DNA of 64,000 nt from Chthoniobacteraceae bacterium (GTDB taxonomy: Bacteria; Verrucomicrobiota; Verrucomicrobiia; Chthoniobacterales; Chthoniobacteraceae). The notes below the pieces were generated by a model. The model was given only the letters and a program-made list of their open reading frames with translations, was not told the origin of the DNA and did no database searches. Numbering within the stretch: position 1 is the first letter of the stretch; every line of letters starts with the position of its first letter. The position numbers and the translations under genes were made by a program. Below, piece by piece: positions 37,496 through 46,466 of this stretch. The stretch is from NCBI GenBank assembly GCA_031409655.1, contig JANNXQ010000239.1, positions 23,616 to 87,615 on the forward strand. The letters are read 5' to 3'.

Positions 37496-38167
37496 TCAGG
37501 ACTCTTGTGCGTCCACCCACTTGGCTGCGTGCTGGTAGAGGTCCGCTGCGTTCCTCAAGCCGAGCTTCTCCTTGATCCGCGCGCGATAGGTTTCGACGGT
37601 CGATTCGCCCAGATGGAGTTGCTGAGCGATTTCGCGTGAGTTATGGCCGCGGCCAACGAGCTGAAAGACCTCCAGTTCGCGATCCGCGAGTTGCGCGATG
37701 CCAAACTGGGCCTGGGGCGTGCGCCGGCCCGTGACCTTCTCCAGCATCGCCGCAGTCATGGCTTCACTGAGATAAACCTGACCGGCGAGCACATGGAGGA
37801 TCGCACGGGTCAGGGTCGAGGAGGCTTCGTGCTTGGAGATGTAGCCGCGCGCCCCGGCGCGCAAGGCACGCTCTGCGTAGAGCGACTCGTCGTGCATTGA
37901 GAGCACCAGCACCGGCACGGTGAGATCGTGAGCTTTCAGATCTTTGATCAGTTCCAGCCCGCTCGAACCGCGCAAGGTGAGGTCAATGATGGCGATGTCG
38001 GGCTTTGAACTTTGAATAAGTCGAAGTCCGTCGGTGATATTGTCCGCCTCGCCGCAAACGCTCAAGCCAGGCTCACGAACGATCATGTGAGCCAGCCACT
38101 CGCGAAACATCTCGTGGTCTTCGACGATGACCACGCGCCTAGTTTCCTGCTCAATCGGTGGCTTCAT
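37496..38167 (-). CDS. NarL/LuxR family response regulator
   Basis: IVEDH, IIDL, VLSMH, GYISK; LADRELEVF...G...REIA..LHL...TVETYR..I..KL HTH. Confidence 0.95.
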   Translation of the reverse strand: MKPPIEQETRRVVIVEDHEMFREWLAHMIVREPGLSVCGEADNITDGLRLIQSSKPDIAIIDLTLRGSSGLELIKDLKAHDLTVPVLVLSMHDESLYAERALRAGARGYISKHEASSTLTRAILHVLAGQVYLSEAMTAAMLEKVTGRRTPQAQFGIAQLADRELEVFQLVGRGHNSREIAQQLHLGESTVETYRARIKEKLGLRNAADLYQHAAKWVDAQES

Positions 38168-39173
38168 AGGAGAGAGGGATGATGCATCGAATCACGGTGC
38201 CGCCGGCGGGTTGACTTTCAATGGTAAACTCCCCGCTGATGGCTTCCGTTCGGTAGCGCATGGTGTTCAGGCCGAGTCCTCGAGAGCGCGCGGCGTCTGG
38301 GGCGAAGCCCTTGCCGTCATCGGTGATCGTCAGTAATAAAGCCGGGCCTGTTGTCTTGAGGTTGATGGTGACTTGACTGGCGCGCCCATGCTTGAGCGCG
38401 TTACTCACGGCTTCCTGAGTGATTCGATAGAGGTGCAGGGCTGCCTCGTCCGGGATCTCAGGGAGAGATGGGTCAATCTCTGCGGTCACGGTGATCCGCC
38501 CCGCTATGCAGGTGCTGTTCGCCAGATCTTCGAGTGCTGTTGGCAGCCCGTCGCCAGCGAGTTGTGGGGGGTAAATGCCGCGGGCGAGGTTGCGCGCTTC
38601 GATTAACGCATTTTTCAGCAGTTTTTGAATCACGCCAGCCGCTGCGGCATCAGGGAGGGACTGCGCTTCGAGATTGGCGCGCAGGCATTCCGCGGCGCAG
38701 TCGATGGCTGCCAGGTTCTGGCAGAGTCCATCGTGCAAGTCCTGGCCGATGCGCATGCGCTCGCGTTCGCTCGTGCGCAAAATCTCCTGCTCCAGTTCAC
38801 GCGCCCGGCTCATCGCCTCGACGCGCGCTCGACTCTCGTCCCGATAGTGCCTCATCGCGGTGGCACCTACGGCCACGAAGACGAAGTAAGCCCCCCGATT
38901 CATGGATGCCCAGACGTAGGTGCCGCGACTGGGATATGGTTGGTCCGTGAGATTCGCCATGAACCAGGCGATCCCGCAGAAGAGGGCGATGAGAATAGCG
39001 GAAGTTTGGTTGGCAAACCAAACCACAATCAGGATGGGCACTGCATAGAAAACGAAGAAGCTGTACCCCCAACCGGTGGCGAAATCGAGCAAGGCGATGA
39101 CCACTACGGTGATCGTCGCCGCGAGGAGGATCCAAGCCTTGTGATGGGCCAGCAGGATGGGGCTCAAATTCAT
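38151..39173 (-). CDS. Membrane sensor histidine kinase, HisKA_3
   Basis: Four N-terminal TMs, ERERMRIGQDLHDGLCQ, YRITQEAVSNALKHG, DDGKGF, GLGL; start 39173 or 39230. Confidence 0.92.
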   Translation of the reverse strand: MNLSPILLAHHKAWILLAATITVVVIALLDFATGWGYSFFVFYAVPILIVVWFANQTSAILIALFCGIAWFMANLTDQPYPSRGTYVWASMNRGAYFVFVAVGATAMRHYRDESRARVEAMSRARELEQEILRTSERERMRIGQDLHDGLCQNLAAIDCAAECLRANLEAQSLPDAAAAGVIQKLLKNALIEARNLARGIYPPQLAGDGLPTALEDLANSTCIAGRITVTAEIDPSLPEIPDEAALHLYRITQEAVSNALKHGRASQVTINLKTTGPALLLTITDDGKGFAPDAARSRGLGLNTMRYRTEAISGEFTIESQPAGGTVIRCIIPLSYEATD

Positions 39174-39292
39174 GAGATAACGGCTTTCGGGGGGGCGCAC
39201 GGCGCGCGATCCATCACTGGGAAAACTCATAGTTGAAGGGCTCGTCTGAGGGCGAGCCTAAACTTGAAAAGCGCGCAGGATCTTCTGAGTCG

Positions 39293-40204
39293 CTACCGCC
39301 GCGCCCGGGGGTCGAGCGCGTCGCGGAGGGCGTCGCCCAGAAAATTCAGCGCCAGCAACGTGATGGACATAACTCCGGCGGGGAAGACGAGCAGCCACCA
39401 GTGACTGCGGATGGGATTGATGGCCAGCGCGCCTTCCGCCAGCATGCTGCCCCAACTGGCCTGGGGCGCCTGCACGCCGAGGCCGAGGAAGCTGAGGAAA
39501 CTTTCATCCAGGATGACCGCCGGGATGGTCAGCGTGAGATAGACGACCACGATGCCGACGAGATTCGGGAGCAGATGACGAAGGATGATTTTCGGGTGGC
39601 TTTGCCCGAGGCTGCGCGCGGCGACGACGAACTGCTGCGCTTTCAGCGCGAGCACCTGGCCACGGACGATGCGCGCCATGGTGAGCCATTCGATGAGGCC
39701 GAGGCTGACGATGAGGATGAGCACTTTCGAGTAACCGACGAGCGCTCCACCGGCGATCCCCGCGAGCCATTCCTTGACCTTCGGATCGAAGATGAAGCTC
39801 ACGAGAATGATGATGATCAGGCGCGGGATGGCGTAGAGGATTTCCACGAGGCGCATCATCAGCGCGTCGGTCTTGCCGCCAACGTAGCCGGAGATCATGC
39901 CGTAAGTGGTGCCGACGAAGAAGCTGACCATGGCGCCGCAAAAGCCGACGAGCAGCGAGATGCGCGCGCCTTCGATGGTGCGGGCGAAGACGTCGCGGCC
40001 ATTCACATCCGTCCCGAAAAGATGCGTGCGATCCGGTGGAAAAAACTGATCGCCCGAGAGCGCGTGCGGTTGGGTGCGGAAGATCGTCGGACCGAAGATC
40101 GCGATGAAGGCGATGAAGGCGAGGATGGCCATCGAAGCGACGGCGACGGGATTGCGCAGCAGGCGGCGCCAGGCTCCCGGCGGGGGAGGCAGGGCGTCAG
40201 TCAT
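39293..40204 (-). CDS. Oligopeptide ABC permease OppC-like
   Basis: FGTD.NGRD, ARIVRGQVL, AARSLG, HLLPN, ESFLSFLGLG, GDALRDALDP. Confidence 0.93.
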   Translation of the reverse strand: MTDALPPPPGAWRRLLRNPVAVASMAILAFIAFIAIFGPTIFRTQPHALSGDQFFPPDRTHLFGTDVNGRDVFARTIEGARISLLVGFCGAMVSFFVGTTYGMISGYVGGKTDALMMRLVEILYAIPRLIIIILVSFIFDPKVKEWLAGIAGGALVGYSKVLILIVSLGLIEWLTMARIVRGQVLALKAQQFVVAARSLGQSHPKIILRHLLPNLVGIVVVYLTLTIPAVILDESFLSFLGLGVQAPQASWGSMLAEGALAINPIRSHWWLLVFPAGVMSITLLALNFLGDALRDALDPRARR

Positions 40205-41117
40205 AGAGTTTGATGCGGCGATCGAGCAGGGTATAAGCGAGATCGACGGCGAGATTCAGCACCACGAGCAGCGCGCAATAGACGATGATGATGCCGCTGA
40301 GCAGGAAGACATCGCGGTTGATGATCGAGTTCACAAAGAAGCTGCCCGCACCGGGGATGGCGAAGATGGCTTCGATGACGATGGAGCCGGTCAGGAGATT
40401 TGCGGCGAGGGGACCGAGGAAACTAACCACCGGAAGGATCGCGACCTTGAGCGCGTGTTTATAAAGGACGCTCCCTGGCGAGAGTCCCTTGGCCTTGGCG
40501 GTGCGGACAAAATCCTGCCCGAGAACTTCCAGCATACTGGAACGCATCAGCCGCGCGATGTAGGCCACGTAAGGACCGGCGAGCGTGATCGCCGGGAGGA
40601 TGAGCGACTTCCACGAAGTCCATCCGCCGACCGGCAGCCAGCCCAGCTTCAACGCAAAAATGAGGACGAGCACCGGCCCGGTGACGAAGGCCGGGATGCT
40701 GATGGCAAAAAGCGCGCCGAGCATCGCCGACGCATCCACCCACGAGCGATGCCGCACCGCGGCGAGACTGCCCAGCCAGACGCCACCCACGGTCGCGAGC
40801 AGGAAAGCGGTGAAGCCGACCTGCAAACTCACGGGCAGACTTTGAGCGATGAGTTCATTGACCGAGCGGTCGCGGAATTTCGTGGAGAGCCGCAAGTCGC
40901 CGTGGAGCAAATCGCCGACGTAATCGCTGTATTGCTGCCAGAGGGTGCCGTCGAGTTTGTAGCGGGCGAGGAGTTGCTTCTCGATGGCCTCGGGGATCTT
41001 CCGCTCGCGGGCAAAGGGTCCGCCGGGAGCGAGGCGCACTAGGAAAAAGGTGATCGTGACCACGCAGAAGAGCACGATCCCGAGCGAAGCGAAGCGGCGG
41101 AGGACGAAGGCGACCAT
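40197..41117 (-). CDS. Oligopeptide ABC permease OppB-like
   Basis: APGGPF, DFVRTAKAKGL, HALK, GSIVIE.IF.IPG.G, DL.Y.LLD.RI. Confidence 0.93.
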   Translation of the reverse strand: MVAFVLRRFASLGIVLFCVVTITFFLVRLAPGGPFARERKIPEAIEKQLLARYKLDGTLWQQYSDYVGDLLHGDLRLSTKFRDRSVNELIAQSLPVSLQVGFTAFLLATVGGVWLGSLAAVRHRSWVDASAMLGALFAISIPAFVTGPVLVLIFALKLGWLPVGGWTSWKSLILPAITLAGPYVAYIARLMRSSMLEVLGQDFVRTAKAKGLSPGSVLYKHALKVAILPVVSFLGPLAANLLTGSIVIEAIFAIPGAGSFFVNSIINRDVFLLSGIIIVYCALLVVLNLAVDLAYTLLDRRIKLYD

Positions 41118-41132
41118 TCAGCGCGGAGGGGA

Positions 41133-41214
41133 GAACGTCGAACATCGAACGGTCGTCGCGGACGCCAAGTCCGGCGTCCGACGTTCAATGTTCGATGTTC
41201 GATGTTCGATGTTC
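41133..41214. repeat. Heptamer (GAACATC/GATGTTC) tandem repeats in inverted arrangement
   Basis: GAACGTCGAACATCGAACG ... CGTTCAATGTTCGATGTTCGATGTTCGATGTTC; inner GGACGCC/GGCGTCC hairpin. Confidence 0.8.
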
Positions 41215-41304
41215 TGCTGCAAAGCACCGCGATCATTCCCAGAACCCCCGGACTTTTGCATTGCGAAAATTCGCCCTGCCATTTGACCTGCGTTTCGCCG
41301 CCCC

Positions 41305-41793
41305 ATGAACCGCCTACTTAGCGCGCTTGCGTGCCTTTTCCTCCCCACTGCTCTCCTCGCCGCCGAGGGACCGACGGTCGCCGGCAATGTCGCGGTGCTC
41401 AAGGGCACTGTGGCCTCCGCGCCCGCGAATGCGCCGCTGCCCGTGAAGCACGCGATCTGGGCCGTGAATGCACTGCGCAACAAACCTTACGTTTTCGGCG
41501 GAGGCCACGCGACTTTCAATGACATCGGCTATGACTGCTCAGGTACTGTTTCCTTTTTCCTCCATCACGCTGGCCTGCTCAATCAGCCCACGACTTCCTC
41601 TGCGCTGATGTCCTGGGGCGAGCCCGGCCCGGGGCGCTGGATCACGATCTATGCCCGCAATGGCCACACCTACGCCGTGATCGCGGGGTTGCGGGTGGAC
41701 ACCACGGGTGGGCGGCCGCAGGAAGGCCCCCGCTGGCGGGCCAAGTATCGCGAGCCGAAGGGATTCGTGGCGCGCCATCCGCGGGGTTTTTGA
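41305..41793 (+). CDS. Secreted NlpC/P60-like peptidoglycan endopeptidase
   Basis: Signal peptide, PYVFGGGH, YDCSG catalytic Cys, GHT His. Confidence 0.8.
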   Translation: MNRLLSALACLFLPTALLAAEGPTVAGNVAVLKGTVASAPANAPLPVKHAIWAVNALRNKPYVFGGGHATFNDIGYDCSGTVSFFLHHAGLLNQPTTSSALMSWGEPGPGRWITIYARNGHTYAVIAGLRVDTTGGRPQEGPRWRAKYREPKGFVARHPRGF

Positions 41794-41855
41794 GATTCAT
41801 AAAACGGTGAGATTCGCGCTGGAAATGCGGACGGCGGTCAAGCATCGTCCCGCGC

Positions 41856-42629
41856 ATGAAATCACCTTTGCTTGCGCTTTTCGCTCTTTGCGTCCCGCTT
41901 GTCGCCTCCGCTGCCGATACTGCCTACGCCGCGCTGCGCGTCATCGGAAAAAGTAACCGCGAGGCGCTCAACCGCGTGGTGGAAGTGCGTGGCCGCAATG
42001 GCTCGCCGCAGCCGGATGTATGGAAGGTGACGGTGGACGATCCGCAGGCGCGCGGCGGCATCCGGGAGTACGAAGTGCAGCGCGGAAAGATCATCGCGCA
42101 ACGCACCCCGACCAGCCGCTCTTTTGGCGGCGCCATGAATTTCAACCAGCTCAATCTCGACTCCGACGGGCTCTTCACGATCGTGGATCAGGAAGCGAAG
42201 AAGGACGGCACCGTCTTTAGTCGCCTCGAGTATCTGCTCAAGTCCGGCACCGGTGGCGGGGCGCCGGTCTGGGAGGTTGATCTCTTTGATGGCCGCAAGC
42301 AGGCCGGCCGGATGATCATCGCCGCGGACAGCGGCTCCGTCCTGAGCCGCAATGCGGCCCGTGATTCTTCTGAGGACGAGCGCCGGCCGCAGGAGCAGAC
42401 GCGGAACCGCGAGCCCGCGCCGGATCGCGATGGCGACCGCTACAGTCGTGGGCGCTACGAGGAAGACCGCAATCTGCCGCCGCCCGTGTCGAGCGGTCGT
42501 TATTCGCAGCCCGGGGAAAAATTCCGCAGCGTCGATGACTTCTTTCATCGGCTTGGCAAGCGTTTCGAGCGGCGGGGCGGTCAGTTGAAAAGGTTCTTTG
42601 TCGGCGAGGACGACTACGGTCGGAACTAG
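41856..42629 (+). CDS. Secreted hypothetical protein (PepSY-like motifs, charged tail)
   Basis: Signal peptide, P.W.V segments, I.ADSG.V; Arg/Asp-rich C-terminus. Confidence 0.6.
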   Translation: MKSPLLALFALCVPLVASAADTAYAALRVIGKSNREALNRVVEVRGRNGSPQPDVWKVTVDDPQARGGIREYEVQRGKIIAQRTPTSRSFGGAMNFNQLNLDSDGLFTIVDQEAKKDGTVFSRLEYLLKSGTGGGAPVWEVDLFDGRKQAGRMIIAADSGSVLSRNAARDSSEDERRPQEQTRNREPAPDRDGDRYSRGRYEEDRNLPPPVSSGRYSQPGEKFRSVDDFFHRLGKRFERRGGQLKRFFVGEDDYGRN

Positions 42630-42645
42630 GCGCTGGGGCCGCCGC

Positions 42646-42773
42646 CCTGGGAGCGCCGCCGTCCCGTGCGGCTTCGTGGCAGCGAGCGCAGCACCTGTTT
42701 CCTTTGCTCGCGAAAGCTAGTGAGGCGCTGGGCGCATGGGAGAAGATGCCGCACGGGACGGCGGCGCTCCCAG
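42646..42773. repeat. REPIN-like element, family A copy 3
   Basis: CCTGGGAGCGCCGCCGTCCCGTGCGGC ... GATGCCGCACGGGACGGCGGCGCTCCCAG. Confidence 0.9.
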
Positions 42774-42829
42774 CGGCTGCAATGCTTTCCGAAGTTGCCA
42801 GGGGACGGCGCGGGAGCTAATCACCCGAA

Positions 42830-43891
42830 ATGATTCAACTCCTCGCGGCCAGCTTCGTCCCTCCGGTTCTCCCTCTTGCGTCCTTCACACCGGTGGTCTT
42901 CGGCATCATCGCGCTGGTCGTTCTCATCGTCGCGATCGTCCTCTTCAATTTCATCGGCATCTTCGTCCGCGCCTGGGTCGCCGGCGCCTACGTGGGCCTG
43001 GGAAACATGGTCGCCATGCGACTGCGCGGCGTCCCAGTCGCGCTGATCGTCGATAGCCGTATCACCGCGGTGAAGGCGGGCATCGAGCTCGCCACCGACC
43101 CGCTCGAAGCCCACTACCTCGCGCGGGGCAATGTGAACGAAGTCGTGCTCGCCCTCATCGCCGCCGACAAGGCCGGCATCGCGCTCGACTTTGACCGCGC
43201 CTGCGCCATCGACCTCGCGACGAAGGGCACCGGCAAGACCGTGCTCGAAGCCGTGCGCACGAGCATCAATCCGAAAGTGATCGACTGCCCGAATCCCGCG
43301 ACCGGCAAGATCACCATCGACGGCGTGGCCAAGGACGGCATCGGCGTGAAAGCCCGCGCTCGCGTCACGGTGCGCTCAAATCTCGATCGTTTCGTGGGCG
43401 GCGCGACGGAGGAAACGATCATCGCCCGAGTCGGCGAAGGCATCGTCAGCGCCATCGGCAGCGCGGATAGCTACAAGCTCGTGCTTGAAAATCCCGACCG
43501 CATCTCCAAGGCCGTGCTCGCCAAGGGTCTCGATAGCGGCACGGCCTTTGAAATTCTCTCCATCGACATCGCGGACGTGGACATCGGCGAAAACATCGGT
43601 GCGAAATTGCAGGCCGAGCAGGCGGATGCCGACAAGCGCGTGGCCCAGGCGAAAGCCGAAGTGCGCCGCGCCGCCGCCGTCGCCGTGGAGCAGGAGATGA
43701 AAGCGCGCACCCAGGAGATGCGCGCCAAGGTCGTGGAAGCCGAAGCCCAGGTGCCCGAGGCGATGGCGGCGGCGTTCCGTTCCGGCAATCTCGGCATCAT
43801 GGACTACGTGAAGATGAAGAATGTCGAAGCCGACACCCAGATGCGCGGCGCCATCGCCTCGTCGGATCGTTCGCAGGACACGCCAAAATGA
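42830..43891 (+). CDS. floA: Flotillin-like protein FloA (YqfA/SPFH)
   Basis: [69 protein letters not shown]. Confidence 0.93.
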   Translation: MIQLLAASFVPPVLPLASFTPVVFGIIALVVLIVAIVLFNFIGIFVRAWVAGAYVGLGNMVAMRLRGVPVALIVDSRITAVKAGIELATDPLEAHYLARGNVNEVVLALIAADKAGIALDFDRACAIDLATKGTGKTVLEAVRTSINPKVIDCPNPATGKITIDGVAKDGIGVKARARVTVRSNLDRFVGGATEETIIARVGEGIVSAIGSADSYKLVLENPDRISKAVLAKGLDSGTAFEILSIDIADVDIGENIGAKLQAEQADADKRVAQAKAEVRRAAAVAVEQEMKARTQEMRAKVVEAEAQVPEAMAAAFRSGNLGIMDYVKMKNVEADTQMRGAIASSDRSQDTPK

Positions 43892-44499
43892 TCTCCCTCG
43901 CTGCCGGAGGAGGGGACTACACGCTCCTCGTGATCATGCTCGTCGTCGGGCTGATCAACTGGATCGTGAGCAAGGTGAAAGGGGCTGCCGCTCCTCCGCC
44001 CAAGCCCCGTCGCCCGACAGCGCCGTCGCCCCTTTCGCAGGAGCCCGCCGCCGAGGAATCCGAAGCGGAGCGGATGCGGCGCTTCATGGAAGCGCTCGGC
44101 ATCCCGAGCGACGAACCAGAACCGAAGCCCGCGCCGCGTTTGGCTCCCCCGGCTCCCGTCGAGGTGCGGCGGACGTTCGCCCCGCCGCCGCTCCCGCCCC
44201 GGCGCGAATTGGTCTCTCTGGACGAAGCGGATGCGCCCACTTTGCCGGTCGAGCAAATCACCCTCCGCGAACTCGAGGTGCCGATGGTCAAAGAATTCAC
44301 CACCGTGAGTTCCCGAGTCTCGGCCATTCCGGTGGGGAGCTTTCAGTATTCAAAGAACACCGAAGAACCCGCCATCGCGTCGCGAATTTCCGGGGCTACG
44401 ATGCCCGAACTGCTCGCAAGCCTCCGTCCCGGGGACGCGCTGCGCCGGGCCTTCGTGCTCCGCGAAATCCTCGGCCCACCGCGCGGTTTGCAGCCGTAG
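43888..44499 (+). CDS. Membrane-anchored Pro-rich hypothetical protein (floA partner)
   Basis: N-terminal TM, C-terminal [21 protein letters not shown] overlap with floA. Confidence 0.7.
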   Translation: MISLAAGGGDYTLLVIMLVVGLINWIVSKVKGAAAPPPKPRRPTAPSPLSQEPAAEESEAERMRRFMEALGIPSDEPEPKPAPRLAPPAPVEVRRTFAPPPLPPRRELVSLDEADAPTLPVEQITLRELEVPMVKEFTTVSSRVSAIPVGSFQYSKNTEEPAIASRISGATMPELLASLRPGDALRRAFVLREILGPPRGLQP

Positions 44500-44558
44500 C
44501 GCGGCGCCTGCCGCAGGAGTTGCCAACTTCCGCCGCGAGAGAAAAAACCTCCCGCGCC

Positions 44559-45626
44559 TTACTTTCGCACCGGGCCTACGGTGCCTCCCGGCAGGTATTT
44601 TGCCGGGGTCTGGGTGTGTCGGAGGTCGGGCTTGCCCTGGCTGACATTGGCGGCCCAGTGGACGATGCGGCGCACTAGGGGACGGCTGTCCCAAGTGATC
44701 CGGGCAATCGGCGGTTCGCAGTGGGCAAAGGCCAGATCGTCGTCGGTGCAGACGAGCGACACGTCTCCCGGCACGCGGATGCCACGACGGGCGAGGAACT
44801 GCAGAACGGCGACGAAGTAGGAAGCCTCTTCGACGATGAGGCCAGTCGGCGGGGTGACGCGGAAAAGCGCGTTGAGACACACTTGGAAGCCCGCGTCGGT
44901 TTCCTTCCAGTCGGGCAGATTGTATTCGCCAGCGGGGATGCCGTGGACCTCGAGCGTCGAGAGAAAGGTGGCCTCGCTGGCTCCGGGCTGCGGCAGTCGG
45001 CGCAGTCGGCGGCAGAGCAGCACGATCCGACGATGCCCCAGCTCGATGAGCTGCCGGGTCGCCGTGGCATAGGCGCGCAATTTGTCCGGGCCGACCGCGG
45101 CGATCTTCACGCCGACCCGATGTCCGAAGAGGGCAAACGCGGGCACTGGCTGGCCCGCAAACCATTCGAGCACATTCCGTGAGCCGGCGTAGATCACCCA
45201 GGCGTCCGCCTGGGTCTGACGGACCAGGCTGGCGACGCGCTTTTCGTCAAAGTTCAGCTCCACCAGGGATTTTGGGGCATAGAGCACGGAGTGCCCCGCT
45301 TCGCTGAGCGCGTGGTGGAGCTCCATATGGTAGAAAGTTTGCCGGTCCTGCTCTCCCTCATTGAGCAGAAACGCGATGCGCAGCGCAGACCGAGTGCTGC
45401 CAGCGGGCAATTGGATGAGTCGCCGGCGCCCGGGTCCCTGCGCCACGAGCAGCCCGGCCTTTTCCAACTGCCGGAGCGCGGCCTCGATGGTCTTGTTATT
45501 GACCCCCAACTCCCCGGCGAGTTGGTGCTTTCCGGGCATCGTGCCGTGCCAGCGGCCACCGAGGATCTCGGCGCGCAGATGCCCGGCGACCTGGTCGGTG
45601 ATGGAGAGAAAGTGGACGCTGCGCAC
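44559..45626 (-). CDS. Transcriptional regulator: GntR-type wHTH + LacI-type sensor domain
   Basis: QVA.HLR.EI..G.W...MPG...LA.ELGV...T...AL..LE..G; GHRRI, PT.LI, GIRVP.DVS.VC; GTG start chosen. Confidence 0.88.
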   Translation of the reverse strand: MRSVHFLSITDQVAGHLRAEILGGRWHGTMPGKHQLAGELGVNNKTIEAALRQLEKAGLLVAQGPGRRRLIQLPAGSTRSALRIAFLLNEGEQDRQTFYHMELHHALSEAGHSVLYAPKSLVELNFDEKRVASLVRQTQADAWVIYAGSRNVLEWFAGQPVPAFALFGHRVGVKIAAVGPDKLRAYATATRQLIELGHRRIVLLCRRLRRLPQPGASEATFLSTLEVHGIPAGEYNLPDWKETDAGFQVCLNALFRVTPPTGLIVEEASYFVAVLQFLARRGIRVPGDVSLVCTDDDLAFAHCEPPIARITWDSRPLVRRIVHWAANVSQGKPDLRHTQTPAKYLPGGTVGPVRK

Positions 45627-45915
45627 GGCCCCGCAACGTGGCCCACTGATGGCCAGGTGCCAACCATCGAAAGTGTTGTTGGCCGCAGAAACGCGGCGGC
45701 AGCCGCTCCGGGGTCTGCCCCGCATGGCACCAAAATAAGCCTGCTTATGGGGGGCGGAGAGCAGTCGCCAAGCCTGTCCTAGAGGGACACTGCAGCCCGA
45801 TTTTTTCCCGAAGCAGACTTATCTACGAGCCATTCCGGACTACCCCTTTCCCTTACCGTCGGCTGGCGGGTCGAAACCCAGCACTTACTCTTGAATCACC
45901 CATTGCGCGGCAACC

Positions 45916-46422
45916 TCAATAGAGCTTGCCAATCTGCACTGCGGTGAGGCCACCGTCCACGGTGATGATCTCGCCGGTGATGATCTCGCCGGTGATATAG
46001 TTCGCCGCTGGCGAGCAGAGGAAGGTAACTGCGCCCGCGCATTCCTCGGGGGTTCCGATGCGGCCGAGGAGGATCTTGTTTTCGTAGTTCCGCGGAAGGT
46101 CGCTCGCTCTCGCCTCCATCCAGGCCGCATTCAGTGGGGTCTTGATCAGTCCGGGAGCGATACCGTTCACGCGGATGCCGTGATCGGCGAGCGAGACGGC
46201 GAGGGACCGCACCGGCATTACCAGAGCACCCTTCGAGGTGTCGTAAGCCGTCGAGTCAGCCTCCGCCTGGAAGCCATTCGTGGAGGTGGAAATGACGATG
46301 CAGTCCGGGCGCTTTGCGGCGACGAGCCGCTGCGCAAACTGCTGGGCAACGAAGTAAGTGGCGGTGACGTTGCGTTGCATCGTCTTCGCCCACAATTCGG
46401 GCGTCATCTCCAAGGATGGCAC
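45916..46422 (-). pseudogene. 5'-truncated short-chain dehydrogenase (SDR) remnant
   Basis: YDTSK catalytic motif, [14 protein letters not shown] present; no TGxxxGxG N-terminus (in-frame stop ~40 nt upstream); 15-bp duplication [10 protein letters not shown]. Confidence 0.8.
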
Positions 46423-46466
46423 GGTTCCGCCCGCTGACGCGACCGCGAAGTGCTTGAGTTAAACCT

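Noticed and set aside
5073..42773. Family A repeats as a CRISPR array
   Set aside because: Dispersed inverted pairs, not tandem direct repeats with spacers; no cas genes
45725..45742. TGGCAC...GC as a sigma54 promoter
   Set aside because: GG-to-GC spacing is 11, not 10, and it points away from the adjacent gene
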